Shown here one piece after another: positions 11,556 through 23,991 of a stretch of 64,000 bases of DNA. The stretch's first letter is position 1. Each line of letters starts with the position of its first letter. The DNA comes from Leptogorgia sarmentosa. Lineage: Eukaryota. The notes below the pieces were generated by a model. That model saw nothing but the letters and a program-made list of their open reading frames with translations. It was not told the origin of the DNA and did not search any database. A program made the position numbers and the translations under genes. The stretch spans positions 3,596,001-3,660,000 of the forward strand of contig OZ210884.1 in the NCBI GenBank assembly GCA_964658305.1, in the 5' to 3' direction.

Positions 11556-14500
11556 ACCCTTACAAAAATAAACTATAGTTTCTTTCACCGAAACTATAGA
11601 GTTTAAAAAACTGTAGGAATTTGGAACAAAAACTATAGTTAAAATTAACTAAAGTTTCTAATAACTATAGTTTCACAAAACTACAGTTATTAATAAACTA
11701 TAGTTTTTTCTACCGAAAACCTTTCTTTTCGGAAAGTCACTGTTTTTTCGGAATTTCGAACCAATCAGAATGCCTGAACCGAATCGTCGCATCAAAAATT
11801 CTAATAAAGTTTGAGGGTTTCGATAACGATTGTGGTGAGGTTGACAGTTGGGATTATAATCTAGATTACATCTCTCTACGAGTGACAATGGCAATGACAT
11901 GTTATAAGTGACAATTACCGGCTGCCAGTGGCAGTTGCTATAAATTTCTAGCAAATGCCGTAAATTTTTCTCCCAAGTCAGTTTACAAAATTTGACTCCA
12001 TGGTTGCACTAGCCTATACGAAGAGCTGGTTGCAAGAGAACGTCAGCCAATCAAAACGCTCTGATGATAAATTTTCAATTGAGAAAAAACTCATATGAAA
12101 AATCGTAGCTTGCTTAGATCGTCTATTTGAGTATCATCATTTCTCTACGAAAGATTTTGTTAAACATCTCATAACAAGCCGTTGTCTTAAAAGTTCTCAA
12201 AAGCACTGCAGGACATTTGAGGCATGGGGATTACCCCCCCTCCCCCCACATTTCTGTTCGGATGAAAACAAGAAGAATGGAAAGAGTTCATATATAGTGT
12301 TGATAAAATTAAGACAAAATTAAATAAAAGAAAAAATTAAATTAGCTCTTTTGGCAGAATATTCTAAATCGCAAGAATGCCATCGGCCTGACAGCATTTT
12401 ATAGAAGAAAGTTTGTTCCTGGAAAATCATATGATAAAATCAGTCGTATTGTATATTGAATTCATCTAACAAGCATATATTGCTTTGTATAAGTATTCAG
12501 CCGGCAATCAAATAATGCCGGCGACTCTGGCTTTTGTTTCATCACATTTTCGTATATTCGACTCGTTTCTCTTTGATATTATTGACTCAACGTAATTTGG
12601 AACTTTCAGATTACTATATGATTATAACTAATTTGAATTTCAAAGCTAGCCAAAAAATGGCTGCCGCTTTGTGTAGATTTTTTTAGCAAAAAAACAAATA
12701 AATGATAGAGGAGCTTAAAACTAGTTCGCAAATTGAAAATACCAGCAAAGATATCTAGTCTTTTGTTTGACTGTGCGGAGAAAATGCTGCATTGTAAAGG
12801 AAATACAGCACGAGATAAAATATTCCGCAACAGGAGTTAATATAGATTATATAATTTGCTCGATTGTTTTTATGTGGAAGAAACAGCGATGAATATGAAC
12901 CAGGCAGCATATAAGTGATATTAACAGCAGTCCATGATGGCAACCATTCTTCGTTCAAGCAGGTGCTCGATGGACAAGCAAACCAACTTCGCTTCGTATA
13001 ATAGCAGCCGAACAACGCGAGACCAGTAATTTTAATTATTAAAATTTGTTCATGTATATTATTAAAGAATGTTCAAAGGAAAAACTCACTCGTGCATGTG
13101 TTTTTCAATTTGCACTCAAAACCATACTATTAACTATACAAATATTTTATTATTAAATGTTATTTTCCGAGTAGCCGAGCATTCTTCGAATTCATAATCC
13201 AAGAGATATTGGAGAAGGAACGTTAATTCTTGCTCATCAAATACAAATCGTGGAATCTGCCACTCGCGCGCTTTACTTCGTTAAACGGTAAGTGTTGTTA
13301 TACTCAGTGTGAGGGTATTTCTTAGTCAGATTGTTGGAATTAATTTTACTGTGATAACTGATGATTGATCACTTTAACATAACGAATCGCTGCTTTCTCA
13401 ATAATGCTCAAGAAGTTTAAATGAAAAAATAAGTTAACTTGTATAATTCACGGTAGCCTATGACCTATGTGGTGAAGATCGGCACACAAGTACGTTTTCA
13501 GGGCTTCTACATAACATGTACTATCCTCCGTGTACCACATTTTGAATAGTTGATACACTTATTATTTTCAGTTTGTTGTGCATGGCATTTGACATGCATT
13601 TTCTTGACAGATATATAATGGATGGTTTAATCAAGTAACCAATGTGAGTCAACATAAACGTGTAGTAGTCGTTGTGCAAAATCATTGACTTTAATCTTTA
13701 TTTTGACTTATAGTGACTTTGATTTAGAATTAAAACTAATTAAATAAATCAGTTATTGACACTAAAAGAAGAGATAAAAATAATGGAATCACATGATAGA
13801 AAAAACTTTAGAATTCATTGTTTCAAATTTGAGGCTTTCCGTGAATAGACTCGCTCATGCTATAACCAGAAATTCTGCCGTTCTTGCTTCTAGATTGTTG
13901 CTGATTTCCTGGTAGGGAGAAAAATAGAGTATTCTAAAACAAAGTATTATTATCAAACTCTGTGACTGCATGCGTGATTGGACATACGGAACATTTCGAA
14001 AGAACAATTATAATTTTTTTAAAACCGATTAATATATATTTTTAGTAATGGTTGGGCACAGATATGCTGCAATTGAAAACCTCACAATTGTTAGATTGAT
14101 AGCGGAACTATTCTCGAACAAAGTTTGCTATGGATACCAGTAATCAGGAAGTAAATAGAACAAGCAGGATGTTTCTGTGGCGAAAATTATTATGTCCAGC
14201 GCCCGCAATTCCTCATTCCATACATTCAGTAATAAAAAATGAGAATATCAATAATATAAAAATAAAGAAGACTTTATTATTTAAGATTTGTACACAGCTA
14301 ATTCTAAAAAGGTTGTCCTTTTCAAACTCAAAACAATAAGCGTTCAACTACTAGCGGTTAAGGGCCTGGTTTCGCGTCATGGACTATTGAAAGTCCGGGG
14401 AGTAAATAGGCGAAAACTCGGGCTTTCGATGAAGTGTGTCTGTCTTACGCAAGGGCACTGATACTCACTTTACCCTAGTAGTCAAAATTCATTATAAAAT

Positions 14501-14675
14501 GCCCTGGTGAGCAGACCGCATTCCAAAAGAATTCTAATAGCTGCTTTTAGAAGTTACATTATACCGTGTTGGTATTTAACACTTCACTATTTTAGAGCGG
14601 ATATTTTTAGTAAATAATTATGGAAAAGTTTGCACAGTGTTACCTAAAATATGGCTAGTTTAATGATATTTTGAG

Positions 14676-14922
14676 CATAATTCGGGCAAAATTCTGAGGA
14701 ATAAGGTAATGCCAACAATCATCCAGTCGTTCACCTAAACGAGGGTACCAAGAAAGTGGAGTGTAGGACTCTGAAATCGCCGTTTCCGGCAATCCAGAGG
14801 TTGTAAAAGTTCAAAAATTTCTCGCTCGGCGCCAACCATGGTGGCGCCTCACATTCGCTACCCTCAAATTCGGGCAAAGATCTTTGTGCCCCCCTTGAAA
14901 AAATGTACCCCGTACGCTTATG
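14676..14922. mobile_element. Dispersed non-autonomous element with CAT...ATG termini (related copy ~38395-38568)
   Basis: Insertion relative to copy 1 (~113). Shares caagaaagtggagt...atcgccgtttccggcaatc with 38405 and a similar cccgtac..atg end. Confidence 0.65.
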
Positions 14923-15228
14923 TATAGTGATGTGATATATTTTGGTTTAACTAAAACGTGGACAATACAGCCGAAGTTCGCAGCATTTGTGTACTTTTAC
15001 ATTACGCGCGGAAAAGTGCGTTGCAACATTTTCGGAAGATTGTAAAATAATTTCAGATGTTTTACGGCCTCGATTGTTTTCCATTCTTCGAATTCCAGAC
15101 TTCATTTTTATTCCAGAAGGAACATTCAGGTTGAATGAACACTCTCGAATTCTATGTCCTGTGCTTTTCTCGGGAATCAGTGTCGTTTATTTTTTTTTAG
15201 GATTCTACATTTCGTGACATTACAAATA

Positions 15229-18200
15229 ATGAGATTTGTCCTGTTGTTCCTTATTTGTACTCTCAACATCGTGAAGGTGTTTGGAGGTATGTCATATGTA
15301 GGCCTGCATATAATATAAACATACTTTGATTTGATTAAAAAATAATAAAATGAAACTACGCGAATGAGGATTTGTCTTCGTTATTTTGCTCTGTACAAAG
15401 TTATTTTCATCATGGTGTTTGAACTTCGCAAGCGACAAAGCAAGGTTTTCATAATGTTGTCTGTTTTGTCATTGTTGTTGGCTATCCCACCCATATTCTC
15501 CTGTACGGCAAGCTGCCATTTTTGAAAACTCTTAAGGCCTGATTCACGGGGGACATTTCTTGGCGAAATGCGAAAATTTTTGCGCGAAATAATTGTACGC
15601 ATGCGTGATAAAGGCAAATAAGATTTCGGGAGAAAAAATTCTCCCTTCGCCAGTGAGTAGAAGTCGGTTCTACTCACAGCGAAAGCGAAAAATGCGGGAG
15701 AATTCAATAGAATCGTTCATGTGCAACCATCCGCATTTCGCAGACACAGTTTCTCGCGAAAGATTTCGCCGTCGTGGAACCAGGCCTTTATATTCACCTC
15801 TTATTCAACTTTTATTTTAACCAATCAAAACGCTGAAAATGTTCTAGTATAGTTTCGAAATTCACGCCAGTGCACTGTATTCAGAAAACAGGGTTTTTTG
15901 TCGAAATAGCTGGGAATAAATATTTTCGTGATTCCATTCCTTTTCTTTTCGTATTCTACCAGGCGTAAATGATACCTATTGGACCACCTGGCTAAATAGA
16001 GACAATCCTGTCCACACTGGCGATTATGAACAATATAAAGACTTTGTTAATTTTAATTCTGTAAGTTAAGTTAATTGTTTAGCGAGTATAAAGAAGCAAG
16101 GTTGGCAATAGGTAGTTACGGTTTTTGTTTTCGTCAGTGATTAATATTTTTATCTTTACAATTCTTAAACCGGGATGAAAATGTATAAAATTACAGTCGA
16201 TTTCAGGTCACTTTTCAAAGCGCGGCTCCTATGTTTGTTTTGAATAGGCCAAATTGAATTGACATGTTGGTGAATCAAGTATACTGACGTTCCCAACTAA
16301 AGTACTGAAGTACTGAAGGGCTCAACTAATTAAGCTTAGACAAAAAAAAAATTTTTCTTCGAGTAAAAGAATTCGCTAGTGCAAAACCGGCTTTAGTTCG
16401 GTATTTTTAGTAATTTAGTTCACTACTTATTTACGTTAGTCCAGTATTTCGGTACTTTAGTACTTAAAACTTCACTTCAGCACTTAATTGACCGACATGT
16501 ATGCCAACCAGTATGCTTTGAAGTGTGACCTGAAATCCACTGTAATCCTATAGCTTAGCAAGTAAACAAGAGTAGTATTTCTTTTCAAAATGGAGCGATA
16601 GCGAGAAAATGTGAATAATATTCATGAAGAATTTAAAGTAGGTAAGTGGCCTAAGTTATATCTGGCTTCGTTTTGCTGCTTCCTGGAACCAGTTTTCCAA
16701 CTCTTGAGAGATTATCATGCCTAAGAGGAGGTAGACGTGATTATGTTTCTCTTTAAATGCATTCTTTCTTTCTAGGTACCATGTAAAATTGGCTTTGAAC
16801 CAGTTGATGCAAAATGTAGAGTTAGTTCCACAAAAATACCTTGGCAAGACTCAGATGATGTTATTACCAGTGGCTGCACAGCAAGAGGGATTTATTGTGA
16901 AACGCGACTCCAGAAAGACGGTAACTGTAATGACTATGAAGTACAGTTTTTGTGTCGAGGTAAGCAAATAGAATTGTATATTGTTCTTTATTCGCTGTGT
17001 TTCATAATTAACGAAAGTTTTGAATAGATAGAAAGAATAGGTATGTTGGTGTAGTATTACACTCATTGGTATGTCGTACACATTTACGCATGTTAAAACG
17101 AAATCTGCTGATGTCGTAAAAGGTATTCCGGAAGGCATTTGGATTTCGAATCCCACTTCTTGGATTTCGGTTCCTCGTCTTTAGATTCCACATCTCATTG
17201 TTTGAATTCTGGATTTCTCTCCAAGGATTCCGTAATCCAGATTTTAATTTGTAGTGCATTCCGAATTCCTCCTATTATTACCATGAGTCTGGGTTGCGGA
17301 TCTTTAAGACATTTGGATCCCGGATCCCACTCCCTGTTAATTAAGGGAATTCTAAAGCCTAACAAAGTAGGATTCTGGATTCAATAACATGGGACGATCG
17401 TATCGAGTGAAATACCACACCTTTAAATTTCATATCTTTAAGACATTTGGATCCCGGATCCCACTCCATGTTAATTAAGGGAATTCCAAAGCCAAACAAA
17501 GTAGGATTCTGGATTCAACATGGGACGATCATATTGAGTGAAATACTACACCTGTAAATTTCATCCTTACACGGATAGAAGTGCTGCGATAACACTACAT
17601 GGTGTAAGGCAAAATCTCAATTTGGTAGATTTATATTCTTTGATGATATAATCTACCTCGTTCTCCATGTCATGAAACATGACATCGAACCTGCATGCTA
17701 TGAAACATAAAATCCTGTATACACAACAGGAAAGGTGTAATTGAACAATCACTCCAGAACTGCTTCAACAGGACTATCTCAAAGATTTTCTTTAACAAGA
17801 GAAGGTGGGAAAGGAAGTCATTCATCGGAAATTTCATAGCACTACAACCTTCTTAAAATTTGCATTCCTTACGTTAAAAAACGTAGGTAGGTATACTATA
17901 TGCCCTTAAAAATTCTTGTAGTGGCTCAACAAGACGCAGTGCTAACTTTAAAGAACTCATTAATACCCATTAAAAAAGAAGGGAGTAAATCACTACCATA
18001 TCAGCTGGTTTCTAACCATCACGTTAAATCTGGTTCACATATACCCGAGATAATATGCCTGCGACGCACCTACATATTGTACTTTCGCAGGAGAGTGCAT
18101 GGGACACTGTAAAATTCCCTACCGCCGATAGCAAGTCATAACACACCTCCGCTTACCCGATAACCTGTCGGGAAAGTTGAACTCCAGTCAACTCTCCGGG

Positions 18201-18821
18201 CTTACCGCTGACAACGTTTGTGACTGCTTGCAACACCAGCGAGAAATTAGCGATGAGTGTTCTCATATACTGAAGAACATCGCAAGTATAGGTCGTAGGA
18301 ATACCTCGGGCATATGTGAGCCAGGCTTTTTTTGCATGAACTTTGGGTACTTTGTTTTTTTGGGTTGAGGTTTTGTTTATGTTTTGGGCCCATTTCTGCG
18401 ATTTCCTGTAAACTTTTACTCTTTTGTTTGAAGTGTCAGGCTTTATAAAAAGAACAGAAGGACGCATTCGTCACTACATGCAGCACTTTAGTCAATCCTG
18501 TTTTTAACAGACCATAACATTGGCGGTTAGTATTAATAGGTCATTAAAAACACTGTTTCTGTTGGAACTTCGTTAGCCCAGGCTTTTGTTTATTGCCCAA
18601 GTGTTAACAAAACCCTGTGGAATTACTAACCTTACCGGGTTTACGCTGGATTGACCAATGAATTTTATCATTAGAGAAATGAATCTAAACATAACTTGAC
18701 CGCCATGTTACGAGTCACTTACGAAGTCCACCATTGAAAGGTAAGCCTCAAAACTTTACTACTTTAAAAACATCAATTTATTTGCAATATATGCACAGGA
18801 CCGGGAAGCAAAGGTGAGTAA
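15229..18821 (+). CDS. Small secreted single WxxW-domain protein, paralog B, spliced
   Basis: Exons 15229-15286 (MRFVLLFLICTLNIVKVFG), 15963-16060 (VNDTYWTTWLNRDNPVHTGDYE...), 16776-16959 (VPCKIG...CNDYEVQFLCR), with the same splice sites and phases as paralog A. The last exon 18799-18821 (GPGSKGE*) is tentative. Confidence 0.85.
15535..15787. mobile_element. MITE, PIF/Harbinger-like, TTA TSD
   Basis: TIR AGGCCTG(A/G)TTC-CAC. TTA at 15532-34 and 15788-90. The empty site ctcTTAtattcacc is in copy 1 at ~1582. Confidence 0.9.
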
Positions 18822-19510
18822 ACTTGACGCGAGAATGGACCCTACCCTAAAAGACGAACTTTGAGTTCAGAAATTTCATTACTATAGACATTGGCACAGT
18901 TGAAAAGAGCATCATAATTTTTGAACTACATGCATTCAGAGATAGCTAATTTTGTATATGTTTGTAAAACATAAATCTGATGATGAGTTCGCTGTACGTA
19001 ATACAAAAGTATAGCTACAAAATTCGCAAACTTTGATTGATTAATATGTATTTTTTCCATATTTTACGATATTTTGCAACCAAACTTCACAATTCTACTA
19101 AATTAACGATGCTCTTTCCAACGGTGGTGATGATTTCTCCTAATTCGTAAGTTCGTCCAAAAGGGGTAAGGTGTATTGCTAAGTCGTATTGCACATCTTA
19201 ATTCATAGTTTATTTTACAGAAATGTAAACAAAGATGGCGTAGATTATCAGATTTGCTAATTTTTAAGGTATTGTTCCTTTGCTAATCATTTATCATTAT
19301 ACATACAAATATTGCTCGACTGTTTTCTGTTATCACAGTGCAAAAACGTGTAATCGAGTTAAAGCGACAAATTGCCTCAAAACAAAAGAAATATGGCGAC
19401 CGCTGCATAAATCGCCACCTCGTTTTGTTCAAAATGTTTTCTACCTAATTCGCTACATAGTTCTGATCAAAATGTTTTCTTTATAATATCATGAACATGC
19501 AGACATACCA

Positions 19511-20416
19511 TCATGAGAATTTAATGAATATGTGACCTCGAAAAACGTTAATTAACTTTGTTCCTTCACGGCGCAAAATCGAATTTCTCCAGAAAAATAT
19601 CAGGCTGTTCAATGTTGAATTAATTGAAACAAATGTGTTTGACCATAAAAGGAATAACATCAAGAATTGATCGTTTACTGCCCTCGTTCCTAATTTGAAG
19701 CGAAAAAATGAAAATAGAACTTGCGGAGCGGAACAAACAAAATAACACCCAACCGCCAAAGAACAAGTGGAAATATTCTTGAGATTTAAGATTCGACTTT
19801 TCCTATTGCTATCCGTGGTCTTTACAGTGGATGGCGCAATTCTTGACTCCCTGCGTTTTGATTTTGCGATGATTAACAGTTTGTAGTTCCCACAGACGAA
19901 AATGAATAAAAGCAATGAGAGAGCCAGAGCGATGAAAATGTTAAAAGCGACAGCTGTTTTGCTGCTGAATATCAGTGGCGCTACACCGATTACTATCATG
20001 GCCGAGAACGCCTGAAAATATACCAGCTTGGTTTTGGTGACTGATCTTTGATGGAAATATGGACAAGTCAGGGCAAGGAATCGTTCGCCGTTCAACGTTA
20101 AAAGCGCAGTCAGCGAGACACCAGATAACATAAAACTTACGAATATCCTTATATTTTCCCATGTTTCATTCTGGCGGCGCACGTCTTCGAAGGAATAATA
20201 AATCGTGGACGTGATCAACAATGGGTGAGTGATGGTCACTACAGCAAGGTCGAAACAAGACAGAACGAGAATCATAAAGTAACACAGTTTATTTCGAAGT
20301 TGTCGCGACTTCCATAGACTGATTATGACGACAGAATTGAAGAATATCCCGGCGACCATAAAAATTACATTTAAAATGCACAGAAAAACGACGTTGAATA
20401 TGTCACCTTGCTGCAT
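19511..20416 (-). CDS. Intronless rhodopsin-like (class A) orphan GPCR, ~301 aa
   Basis: Seven hydrophobic segments with GxxxN (TM1), LSCFD (TM2), ERF at the DRY position, CxxP (TM6) and NSxLNSLIFFWRN (TM7). First ATG is at 20416; the ORF track starts at an upstream GTG. Confidence 0.93.
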   Translation of the reverse strand: MQQGDIFNVVFLCILNVIFMVAGIFFNSVVIISLWKSRQLRNKLCYFMILVLSCFDLAVVTITHPLLITSTIYYSFEDVRRQNETWENIRIFVSFMLSGVSLTALLTLNGERFLALTCPYFHQRSVTKTKLVYFQAFSAMIVIGVAPLIFSSKTAVAFNIFIALALSLLLFIFVCGNYKLLIIAKSKRRESRIAPSTVKTTDSNRKSRILNLKNISTCSLAVGCYFVCSAPQVLFSFFRFKLGTRAVNDQFLMLFLLWSNTFVSINSTLNSLIFFWRNSILRREGTKLINVFRGHIFIKFS

Positions 20417-23106
20417 AATCACGTTCTATTTTGCATTGGTTTGATAGTCGTTTTCTGTGAGTTAGTCGAGCTCAAGCGGCCGATATATTATATTAAGTAA
20501 AAACTACATGAATTAATAAAGTGTGAAATAGGTTGTAATTATTGTTTTCTTCCAACGTTTATTTATTGAAATATTTTCATTTCTATCGATTAGTGAATAT
20601 ATACGTACGGTTCGGTACGCTGCTATTAATTAAAAATGTCCAAAATAATAATTATTGTAGAATTGTTTGGTATATTAAATTTCATAATGTTTGTACATAA
20701 TTATGATCAATGCATGGACTGACATTAAATAATAAAATGACCAAGGAACATGTATTATAATGGCTTTCGTCTGGGAGTGGAGCAAGGGTAGACCAGGCAT
20801 AGTGTTCTTAACCCCATGAATCAAGGGAAATTATGGGCCGAGCAATAGAATTATATCTAAAATATAGTTTGAACGTAAGCTGTACAAGAATTAATTCCTT
20901 GAATGTTTGCGTGGTGAAGATAATATTTATCAAGTTTGTATAGTTTACAACACATAATTTTATTATCGCAAACTGCTTTCGATCCGTAAGCCCGGATCTT
21001 TAAACGTGCCAATAATATCTGACTTCTTCCATTTCAAACAGTCGCTTTTTTTACCGTATAAGCGCCGTGATCAGTATGCACGTGAGTTATTAAAAATTCA
21101 CAAAACACGTCATTGCAAACGTAACGATGTGATCAAATTAACGCGTTCAATTACAAGGCAAGTGTTGATTTTGCACGTTCAGGAGTGCACGCCACGTACT
21201 ATCTAGTGACTTACCGTCTTGATAATGAACAGGAAAGCAAAGGATAATCTCACTACCTAATTGTGTTGTGCTATTCAATTTCAATATACATAGACTCTCT
21301 CATTTGGCGAGAGAACTATGACTATCAATCGTAAAATGTTTGTTCTAAGTAGCTAATTTTACCTTTTCCGGAGTTATTGCAACCTTCCCTTTTTCAAACC
21401 AAAATCAGGATTTGGAAGACTTCGAAAAACGTCAGAATCGAACTTCATGCATATTATGGAAGTTTGGAAAGTCATTGTGTGCGAAATACCAAAAGAACTC
21501 CATCACAAAACATATCAAAATGAAGATAAAACATTGTATAGTAGAATTTAGCTAAGTTTGAAAAGCTTGATTCCTCAGTGTGAATGTTCGAGCATATTTT
21601 AACGCCTACAAACGGTGGCCACCTTCTTCGAAGCGATCTTAATATTTGACCGAACGTTACTCATGGCTGTTTCCTGTTACGCATTTTTCATACGTAATAA
21701 GAAGCTGGTGAGCTTTCAGTCTTTGGGCGGGGGGGGGGGGGGAGTTTATGTAATACTAGGTAATACTAGGCAATTCTAGGCCATTCTACAATATACTTCT
21801 ACTCGTCTAAGCCGATAAGCCGAAGGACTTGCTGTTTCCAAGTCTATTTATGTCAAATTCCTTCGTAAAATGAAACATGGGGTTATTGATGAATAATTAG
21901 GGTAACAATTGGCAGGAATGTTATGGATATATTGGGGTAAAAATTGACAGCTCATTAATATTCAAATTTGTGGCTAAAGAAAATCCACTATCCGCCACGA
22001 GCCGAAACCTAGAGTCGCTTGGACACAGGTGACCCAGCGACTAACTACGTGTACGCACGTAAAAATTGAATTTGATTTTAACGTTTCCATACAATCATAT
22101 GAATAAATGTAAAGTATCTCATACCTTGAAGGATGTAGTATGTGTTTCTAATTACTCGGGCTACCGTAGGTATAGACCGAGTTTAAAAATGGGCTTCGAT
22201 TTTTTTTTTCGGTCGCGAGTTTGCAAAAAACACGCGTGGGCGACACGAAGTCCTTGAACCAGTGAAAACCTTCGTTGAATCGTTTCACGCGTGGGTTCAT
22301 GGTGCATGCCACGCGCACTACCAGTGGGTTCGTCATTTATAAACTTCATGTAGCCCGAGTGAACGCCTGATAGGCGTTTTGTTTATTAATGAAATCGGCT
22401 CACGTACGTGTACATACGCGTATAAATGGAATACAGCCTTTAAGAATCACGCGAAATTCTCTGTTTCTCCGGGAAACACGAATGGCTTCCTTAATTTTTT
22501 CCGTTGAATTATTTCGGATGTAATAAATATTTATAACTTTTTGAAGTTCAACTTTGAAAATACTGCACACAGCTTATGCGTGCGCCATTGTTATGATTTC
22601 TGGCGATAAAATTATGTCAGTTTGAGTTATCGAGGTCTCATTATTTTTTGCATGGAGCGATTGCATGCAATGTGCATAATATATAATATGTTTTTAAAAT
22701 ATTTTGTTTAATATGATTTAATATACTGTAAAATACGCCCACATGAAAACAAGTCTGTTTAGCTGAAGGGGCCGCCAGTGTCTTGTATGTTAAAAAATTA
22801 AAACACAAAATATACAATATTCACGAGTTTTATTTACAAATAGGCTCTACTTTATTTTGGTGACCTGTCAATAAGCACGCAGCTGTCCAAATTGAAGATC
22901 TAAGTCTGAAAACATCGAAGATTTTAATGCATGTGGCATAGTATCTGAACGAATGCCACAACAATGTTATTACATAATATTAGATTATTATAAAGTTTAT
23001 TAATCTAGAATAAAACAAATCAACGGTTTAATATATGAACAGTTTACAATAAAAGAATAAATGTCAACCGTTTCAAAAATAATTAAGCTTGTTTAAACAT
23101 AAAGGA

Positions 23107-23991
23107 CTAATTCTCCCTTGAAGTTCGTAAAGACTTGATAATTTCGATTCCTTCACGCCGGAGAATCGAGTTTCGCCAAAAAAATATGACACAGTTCAAT
23201 GTTGAGTTGATAGAGGTAAAGGTATTTGACCAGAGACTGAACAACAAGACTTCTCTATCGAATGGCGGGGCCCCTGTAGATAAGCGGAAAACCGAGTATA
23301 TAATATGCGGGCACGAACAAATGAAAAAACACCAAACCACCAAATAACATGTGGAAATATTTTTGAGGTTTAAAATTTGATGTTTTCCATTTTTTTCCAC
23401 CACAGCGGATGGCGTGGCCCCTTCGTCTTCGCGTTTTGATTTTGCGATGATGAACATTTTGTAGTTTCCATAAACTAACAAAGATAACAGCAATAAGATA
23501 GCTACAGCGGCGAAAATATTAACCGCGATCACTGTCTTCGTGTTGACGATCACCAATGGCGATACACCGACAATTGTAATCACCAGAAGTACCTGAAAAT
23601 ATACGAGTCTCGTTTTGGTGACTGATGTTTGATGGAAGTAAGGACATGTCAAGGCAAGAAATCGTTCAGCATTCAATATAAAAAGTGAAGACATCGAGAA
23701 ACCACATAGCACGAACGATATGAATGCGCGTGCACATTCTTGTACATCATTGACGTCGTCTTCAAAAAAATAGTGTATTGCTGAGACGATGAGCAATGGA
23801 TGATTGACTGTCACTACAGCCAAGTCAAAGCAAGATACAACAAGAATCATAAAGTAGCACAGTTTCCTCCGAAGTTGTCGCGTTCTCCACAGGCATATTA
23901 TGACGACAGAATTCAGAAATATTCCTGCGACCATAAATATTATATTTAAAAGACACAGAAGCACGACGTTAGAAATATCGCCTTTTTCCAT
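23107..23991 (-). CDS. Intronless rhodopsin-like (class A) orphan GPCR, ~294 aa, paralog of 19511-20416
   Basis: Same motifs (KLCYFMILV.SCFDLAVV, ERFLALTCPYFHQ, NLKNISTC, IFFWRNSILRREG). ATG at 23991. Confidence 0.93.
   Translation of the reverse strand: MEKGDISNVVLLCLLNIIFMVAGIFLNSVVIICLWRTRQLRRKLCYFMILVVSCFDLAVVTVNHPLLIVSAIHYFFEDDVNDVQECARAFISFVLCGFSMSSLFILNAERFLALTCPYFHQTSVTKTRLVYFQVLLVITIVGVSPLVIVNTKTVIAVNIFAAVAILLLLSLLVYGNYKMFIIAKSKREDEGATPSAVVEKNGKHQILNLKNISTCYLVVWCFFICSCPHIIYSVFRLSTGAPPFDREVLLFSLWSNTFTSINSTLNCVIFFWRNSILRREGIEIIKSLRTSREN

Larger units (their letters stand above)
14564..18915. repeat. Segmental duplication copy 2 (pairs with ~40-5030)
   Basis: As for copy 1. It also has an internal ~135-bp tandem duplication at ~17300-17565. 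Confidence 0.95.

Noticed and set aside
13140..13295. Strong donor (ACG|GTAAGT) suggesting an upstream non-coding exon
   Set aside because: It cannot be linked to a gene without transcript data.
14345..14520. Possible degenerate tRNA-derived SINE
   Set aside because: The A/B boxes are too degenerate and no second copy exists in the window.
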